From: Vicugna vicugna
Lineage: Eukaryota
Direction: 5' to 3'
Assembly: GCA_013265495.1 (NCBI GenBank)
Contig: MU060042.1
Span: 5,328,258-5,392,257, forward strand
DNA length: 64,000 bases
Shown: positions 57,830 through 64,000 of the stretch, in pieces
Position numbering within the stretch: the stretch's first letter is position 1
Layout of the letters: each line of letters starts with the position of its first letter
The notes under the pieces: model-generated
Database searches by the model: none
Told to the model about the DNA's origin: nothing
Seen by the model: only the letters and a program-made list of their open reading frames with translations
Program-made: the position numbers and the translations under genes

Positions 57830-58600
57830 GGCGTCCCGGGCCAGGCGGGAGTGTGACCGGGAGCTGCGGGCGCTGCCGGAGAGCAGCCCGGCCGCGGAAA
57901 GTGATTGAATGGCCTCATTCCAGGCTTTTTGTCAGACAACAGGCAGCGCTCTATGAAGATTGATTCACAAGTCCTGGGCTTCCTGGGCCGGGCCGTCGGG
58001 TGGATTGATGCTGTGCCGCGGCGGCGGATGAAGACGGAGTAAGCCTTCCCACGCTCAATCCGCCGGCTCGTCAGGAGCGGAAAATCACCCCATGTCACTG
58101 GTCATGGGAGCGTTTCACGACTGGCACGCGGATTTAGTGGTGCAGCGTCACGGGCAGGCAGCTGGGCCAAAAATTCTTTATTTGTAAGGACAGTAAAGGC
58201 TGCCTGCAAAGCCAGCGCGGAGCCCCGGATAAAGGGGCAGAGAACCAGGCGAGCGATGTGCCACGCGCAGTCAGCCTTCCGCGCATCTGCGCCTTGTTGG
58301 CAGAGCAAGTGCACCAGCCCTCGGGGCGGGGCTCCTGCGGGCTCAGTCCTCTGACTCACGCTTGCTGGGTGAGAGGGACTTGAGCACCGACGACTGTCTG
58401 GGGCCAGGGGCGGGGACGGCGCGCATTTTGAAAGATGGCTGTGATGTGTTAGGACCAGGCACGTGATGATGACGAGCCTTCGGGGACCTCGGGGTGTGTG
58501 GGGGGCAGAGGAGCAGCTAGACGTGTCTCCGAGTTCTCTGCAGGGGCGGAGGGCGGCGCGGACGATGAAGTCCCGGCTGCAAAGGTGGGGTGTCGAGGTG
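57830..58600. promoter_or_regulatory. CpG-rich patch with embedded AT-rich motif stretches
   Basis: Frequent CG (GCCGCGGCGGCGG, GCGGGGACGGCGCGC) interleaved with three GATTGA motifs and TTTATTTGT. Confidence 0.35.
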
Positions 58601-60971
58601 AGGCAGGGAGTGACCCTGTGACCCACAAGCAGCGCGGGGTCAGCCCCCAGTAGAGGTCGCAGTGACAGAAACGAGCACACAGGACAGGGACACCCGTGGT
58701 TCACAGGGGGCGCGGTGCGATGGTGGGTGCACTCAAGCACGGGCTGGACCCAGAGGGCGGGTCCCCAGCCACGTGCTGGCCTCGGCACTCTCCGGGTGGC
58801 CACATTCTTCCCCAGCGCGAGACCTCGTCCTCCTGAATCAGCTTCCTTCCGCGACCCCTCCAGGCCTGTCCCCGCTCCCTGGGCCAGGGGCCCACGTCCG
58901 CAGGCTCCCAGGGCAGAGACGAGTCAGCTGCCTGCCGTCTCTCCCATCAAGGTCATAGCATCACACTTCTTCTTTTTCCTCAAAACCTTCCCATTTCGTT
59001 CAAGAGCTTACTTTGAAAGTTTAAGGAAAAAATAAACTAGCAGTTCATCTTCCTTGCTCTTCGCCCTCCTTATAATAATTCTCTGGCTGAGTCAGGGAAG
59101 GGCAGGAGTCAGGGAGCTTTGACAGGCACACCAGGTTTGGGCGTCTAACCCTGAACCTGTCTCATTATGCCCAGAGGGACATCTAACCGCCCCTTTAAGC
59201 CCCTATTTACAGGAGGCGATTTGTGTCCTGAGAAAGTTGCCCCAAGGGGAGAGGGGCCATTTTAACAATGCGCCAAGCCTGAGGCGGGGTTTGGGGGGCT
59301 GTGTTTTAGGGAAAGGAAGGCGTCTGGGTCCCCCAGCCAGCCCCAGGTGCCCAAGCCCTAAAGAAACCCTGGCGAGCTTTCCCACAGTGAAGAAGGAGGC
59401 ACAGGAGGGCGGGTGCTTCCAGGTTTGGGGAATCCGGCGCCAGGAGGCCCGGGGGCGTGGGGGCCCTGAGCGACCCCGCAGCAGGGACTGCGGGCTGGTC
59501 TGGGTGGGCCCTGCTGGCAGCCCGAGGCCAGCGCCCTCCAACAGGACGGCCCGGAGCACAGGGCAGGGGGCTCCGCTGCTGCGGGGCTGGTGGGACTCTC
59601 AGGGCCTCGGGGAGGCCCCCAGGACAGTGACCGAGGGCAGGATTTCACAGGCAGGAAACCAGAGGAGCATCACCCCTCAGTGAAACAGGATCGCAATTTC
59701 TGGTGCGGTCGGCCCAGCCCAGGATGCTGGGCCTGCGAGGGGGGCCATGTCGAGAGGCTCCAAGGCTCCACCCGCAGCTGCAGCCCAGCCCCACCCCCAC
59801 CCCCACCCCAGCGCTGGGCCCCGGCACCCCTCGTGTCCCTAGGTGATGGGCTGGCTCCCGTGAGGCGTGGAGGGTCCGTGGGGGCTCCCCTTCCTGAGTC
59901 TGAGCAGGAAATACCTGGTGAAAGGACAAAACAGATGAGAGCAGTGATTCGTGGTGGTCGGCTGCCCGGGGACGGAGGACTCTGGAAGTAATCGGGACTT
60001 TTGGGGAACCGTCTTTGCTAATCCCAGGGAGGTCTCACGAGGTGAAGGAGCCCGCGTCCACTTACCTAGGGCCCGTTCACTTACTGTGCGTGGCACTCAG
60101 AACCGGGCACGAGGCCCTGGGAGGCAGGCGTCCACATGCACGGGCGCAGCAGAGGAGGCGCTGGGGCACGAGGCAAGGGCTGGAGGCTGCGCGTCTACAT
60201 GGACCTGGCGGCACGTTGGTCACCACCTCTGCTCGAAGCCGCACCGCCCGGCCCCTGGACGCCCATCTCCTCGCGGTCGGGCACGTGGGACCAGGTCAGG
60301 TCACAGGGACGCTCACAGGCCCAGGATGGTCTCGCACAGACACAGTGTCCACGCCGGGCGGTGCTTCCGAGCAGACTGAGCCGCCCAGCTCCCAAAGGGC
60401 TGTTCCCCGACACGGTGACGGGTGCCCGGCAGCCAGCCAGCTGGGAGCCTTGGCTGCAGGTGCCTTCTGCTGACTTGCGCTGTAGAAAGACTGTCTGAGG
60501 CAGAGACAGATTCCGCTCCCTGGGAACTGGGTCTTGGAGTTTTGTGTCTTCTTACCCCTCTCAGAGCTGGGCAGGGCTTTGGACACAGGCACACCGTGGG
60601 GCTGGACTTGCAGACCCCAGGCCTGCAGTGTAAGCCCCGGCTTTGTTGCGGGCAGCTGTGTGCACTGACTCCTGGTTCTCCTGAGCTGCCAGGATGGACA
60701 TCACTGCCGGCTGACAGTGTCAAGGACACAGGACAGGGACCCTGCCCTGCCGACTAACCCGCCGTGCACACCGGGACCAGGAGATTCTCAGTGGGCTGCT
60801 CCGCTTCTTGTCCTCAGACCAGGGGTCTCGGCACCCGCGGTGGAACGAGGCTAAGGACACTGCCGGGCTGTAAACACCGACCCACCCCCAGCCCTCTCAG
60901 CAACACCTGCCACCACGGGGGCTCTCAAGTAATACAGGCCGTTGCTCCATTCCCCTTTAAAATAGCAAAAT

Positions 60972-61041
60972 GAAAGAAAGAAAGAGGGAAAGGAAGAAAG
61001 GAAGAAAGGAAGAAAGAAAGAAAAAAAGAAGGAGAAAGAAA
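60972..61041. repeat. (GAAA/GGAA)n polypurine tract
   Basis: 70 bp containing only A and G. Confidence 0.95.
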
Positions 61042-61461
61042 CAGAAGCGATCTGGTACCAAGGGGACTTGCTGGGAGCGAATTTCGTGGCGCTAGCTGAC
61101 CGTCCATCTTGCCTCTAAGGGGTGTCGGGGCTGCTTGGCTTGATGATGGCTGATGCTCCAGTGGCTCCCGTGCCCCCTGGAGATGAGTGATGGCGGGGAC
61201 AGCCGTCACACACGGGCCGAGGCCCCGCACAGGAGCATGGCTGGCCTGGCCCTTCAAATAAAAATGGAAAAAAAACCCCACTATTTTTAAAATAATGGAG
61301 CTCCCTGGGAAAAATACAGTTTAAGTTTCACTTTGTGGGAATATTTATTCCTCTCTGTTTGTGAAAGGGGTTTATCATGCTGAGTGCATTTCTCTCCACT
61401 AAAACGAAAACCTCAAAATCTATACAGAGAAAAAAACCCACAGCTGAAATACAGGTGCATC

Positions 61462-61682
61462 CGTGTGTGTGTTTACAAACAGACATATATGTACACACAC
61501 GTGTGTGTGCACACTTATTTGCATATTTGATATGGACACATACATACAGCCATGCATAAATGCACATGTAGACACACACATGCACACACATATGTACATT
61601 CACACATACACGCATGTATACACGTGCATGTACATGCACACAGGTAAGTACACATGCGTGTACCTGCACACACATCCATGCA
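61462..61682. repeat. Low-complexity (CA/TG/TA) purine-pyrimidine repeat
   Basis: About 220 bp of mostly alternating purine-pyrimidine sequence. Contains the palindrome ACACACACGTGTGTGT at 61493-61508. Confidence 0.9.
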
Positions 61683-62383
61683 CCTTCGTACAGCTACAGG
61701 CCCCTCTCCCCGCCCCTCCCTGTGCCATGTGGACTGGCCACGGGCACCCACAGTGCGGGCGGCCAGGAGCCCTGAACACACTCCCCACCCCGGCCTATTC
61801 GAGCAGCAGCAGGGTTAGCAGGACCAGGGTCGCCCTCTGCTCCTAAGCCTCCCGCATGCATGTGACCAGGAGGGCAGCAGGACTGACCTGAGCCAGGGGG
61901 CCAGGGGAGGCTCGGCCAGGGGCTGGGGGGGCCACCTCGGAACCTTGGGAGCACAGGTGTCCCCAAGTGGGGGGGTTCTAGTTTGCTGGTTGGCGACTGG
62001 ACAGGGTCATTGTCCCTCTTCTGAATGTGACGAGTCAGAGGCACCCGAGGGTAGGATGCTGCCTGAGGCCGGCCCCAGGGTTGCAGCGTGAGGACAGCAG
62101 ACCAGCAGCCAGACCCTGGTTGTCCCTGGGATGAACAGTAGGGGAGCGTGGCTGGTCACCACGTGGCCTGAGACAGGCCAGGAGCTCCAGTTTTCCCCAG
62201 GGTGGGCACTGCCGGCATCACTTTCCAGCGGGCACGGAGGCGACACTAACTCCCCACTCTCAGGACTGTCACAGGAAGTGACAAAGTGTGTTTGCTTTAG
62301 CAGCGCAGATGCCAGCTCTGTCCCCACCTCACCAGACTGCCGTCACCACGAAGAAAGGGCTGGGGCCTACGACACTTTCACAA

Positions 62384-62440
62384 GTGTGTGTGCACGTGCG
62401 TGTGTGCACGCATGTGTGTGTGCATGCACGCATGTGTACG
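62384..62440. repeat. Perfect 57-bp alternating purine-pyrimidine tract
   Basis: GTGTGTGTGCACGTGCGTGTGTGCACGCATGTGTGTGTGCATGCACGCATGTGTACG. Confidence 0.9.
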
Positions 62441-63039
62441 AGAGAGAGACAGGGGGCTTACACCTGGGGTGCAGGTGGGGCCGGCCTCCCTGCCTCCCCT
62501 GGAGACGGTCTTACCAGGTTGGAGTCTCCCCCACCACCCCAGGGCCCAGAGAGGAGGGGAGGGGGCCTGAGGGGACACCGGCCGACCTGCTCTAACAGCC
62601 TGTCCTGTGTTGGAGAGACAGGAGTGTCACCCCAGCCCACGTGCAGCTCCTGTGACATCAGCTCTGCGCGACGGAGGAATTAATGCCACGGCCTGGTGTC
62701 GTCCCAACGCTGATCCAAGGAATTAACAGGCGTCTTCGGCACCTGGGCCACCTGGGCCCCCAAAGGCAGAACAGGACGGACAGAGACCCAGCCTGTCCCC
62801 TCACTGGGCAGTCATGGGGGACAGAGTGAAGCTGACCTCCCAGACATAGGTTTTCTGTGACTCTCTCTGCTGATGTCAGTGCAAATAATTCCCCACAGAG
62901 CGCCGTGGACTGAATCTACATGCCGCACGCACAGCAGCAAACCTGAGCCAGTCCCCGGGCTGGGGGTGGGGCCCCCTCCTTATGGTATAGGCAGTTGAGA
63001 CACATCTATAAGTGATGAGATGGGAACTGACAAAGACAG

Positions 63040-63055
63040 AGGTCACACAGGGTCA
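63040..63055 (+). promoter_or_regulatory. Perfect DR4 nuclear-receptor element (motif only)
   Basis: AGGTCA-CACA-GGGTCA. Function not shown. Confidence 0.35.
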
Positions 63056-63513
63056 CAAAGGGCGTGCTGTCACCACACGGGAGCGTCATCACAGAAAAGC
63101 CGCCCACAGCGTAGAAAGGGGCAGAGCGACATGGAATTCTGCATATTGTACGTTACAATCTTAGCGTCAGGGTCAAAGTGGCTCCTCTGGAGCTGGCGGA
63201 GTCTGGGCGGGAACTGGGGGCTCTGGTTTCTTCTCATTACGAGTCTTCCTTTATTTTTTAATTGACCAAACCATGAACAAATATTGCTTTGACTTGATTA
63301 AACTGTATATGCATTTTTAAATGCACGAAACTTTTATTGTGAATCCACATTCATTTTTAAAACAGAAGTAAGCCAGCAAGTTGTTTTAAGTTGGAAGCCA
63401 CTTTTAATCCTATCTTCAAAGTCTAAATTATTTAAACAAATCAAAAATAGGAAACACCACTTTATTCTTTTTTTTTTCGGTGCAGGTGGAAATTCATTCT
63501 CTTGCTCTCTCAA

Positions 63514-63545
63514 AACACACACACAGACACACACACGCGCACACA
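63514..63545. repeat. Interrupted (CA)n microsatellite
   Basis: AACACACACACAGACACACACACGCGCACACA. Confidence 0.85.
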
Positions 63546-63549
63546 GGAT

Positions 63550-64000
63550 TTTTTTTAATAAAAATAATCAGTAGTCATTATCCACATGAATTCAATGAGA
63601 AAATGTAACACTGACAGCTCTCATTATCACTGAGGGCGAAATGATGCAGACCTGCATTTGTAGATCTGCTTAACTTAACATGTCAAATATTAGCGTCAAA
63701 TGGGAATAAGGGCAGATGATTCTAGAGAGCTGTTATTACATGACATTCAAAGTCATACGCTATGTTCTGCAACACTCGAAGAAAGATAAAAATGAAAAAT
63801 GAAGTTAATGAAAAGTTATTGCTTTACTGAAGACTGCAGAATCAGGCACTTCACATTAAAATAAAATCTTTGTAGAACACTAAAGCTCACAGAAAATAAT
63901 AATTTGAGAGTGAATTGCCCTGATGGGGTCCTCTCCATCTCATGTCCGCAAATAGTCTCCCAGCTGAATCAGAAGGCGTTATTTTTGTCAGCGCGATGAC
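63550..64000. promoter_or_regulatory. Candidate conserved non-coding block running off the window end
   Basis: Non-repeat AT-rich sequence with TGACAG, TGTCAA, TGACAT, CATTA/TAAT and ATTCAAAG motifs and no ORF. Confidence 0.35.

Noticed and set aside
61328-61846. ORFs rich in C/V/H/T/M/Y
   Set aside because: They are translations of the CA/TG low-complexity tract.

Overview
Mammalian genomic DNA, very probably camelid. The lineage call rests on three copies of the camelid vic-1-like tRNA-derived SINE with target-site duplications (TSDs) and on cetartiodactyl-type L1 3' ends. Four short N gaps point to a short-read scaffolded assembly. I recognise no protein-coding gene, RNA gene, CRISPR array or prokaryotic system; the ORF track is explained by GC-rich shadow frames, simple repeats and one decayed hAT transposase. 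The window looks like a GC/CpG-rich gene desert or very large intron. It carries few repeats (L1 tails, HAL1, MIR, MER47/Tigger5, MER58A, Charlie1), several CpG-island-like patches, and many AT-rich non-repeat blocks dense in homeodomain, TALE, SOX and TCF motifs, as expected of a developmental regulatory landscape. The most concrete unusual observations are two L1 tails with twin-priming-type 5' inversions, two perfect and nearly identical DR4 nuclear-receptor elements, a 43-nt candidate exon with consensus splice sites, a higher-order TAATG/TTGCATAATG repeat, and apparent AT-to-GC drift in old repeats. I found no evidence of a new biological system. Repeat-family names come from remembered consensus sequences and need Dfam/RepeatMasker confirmation.
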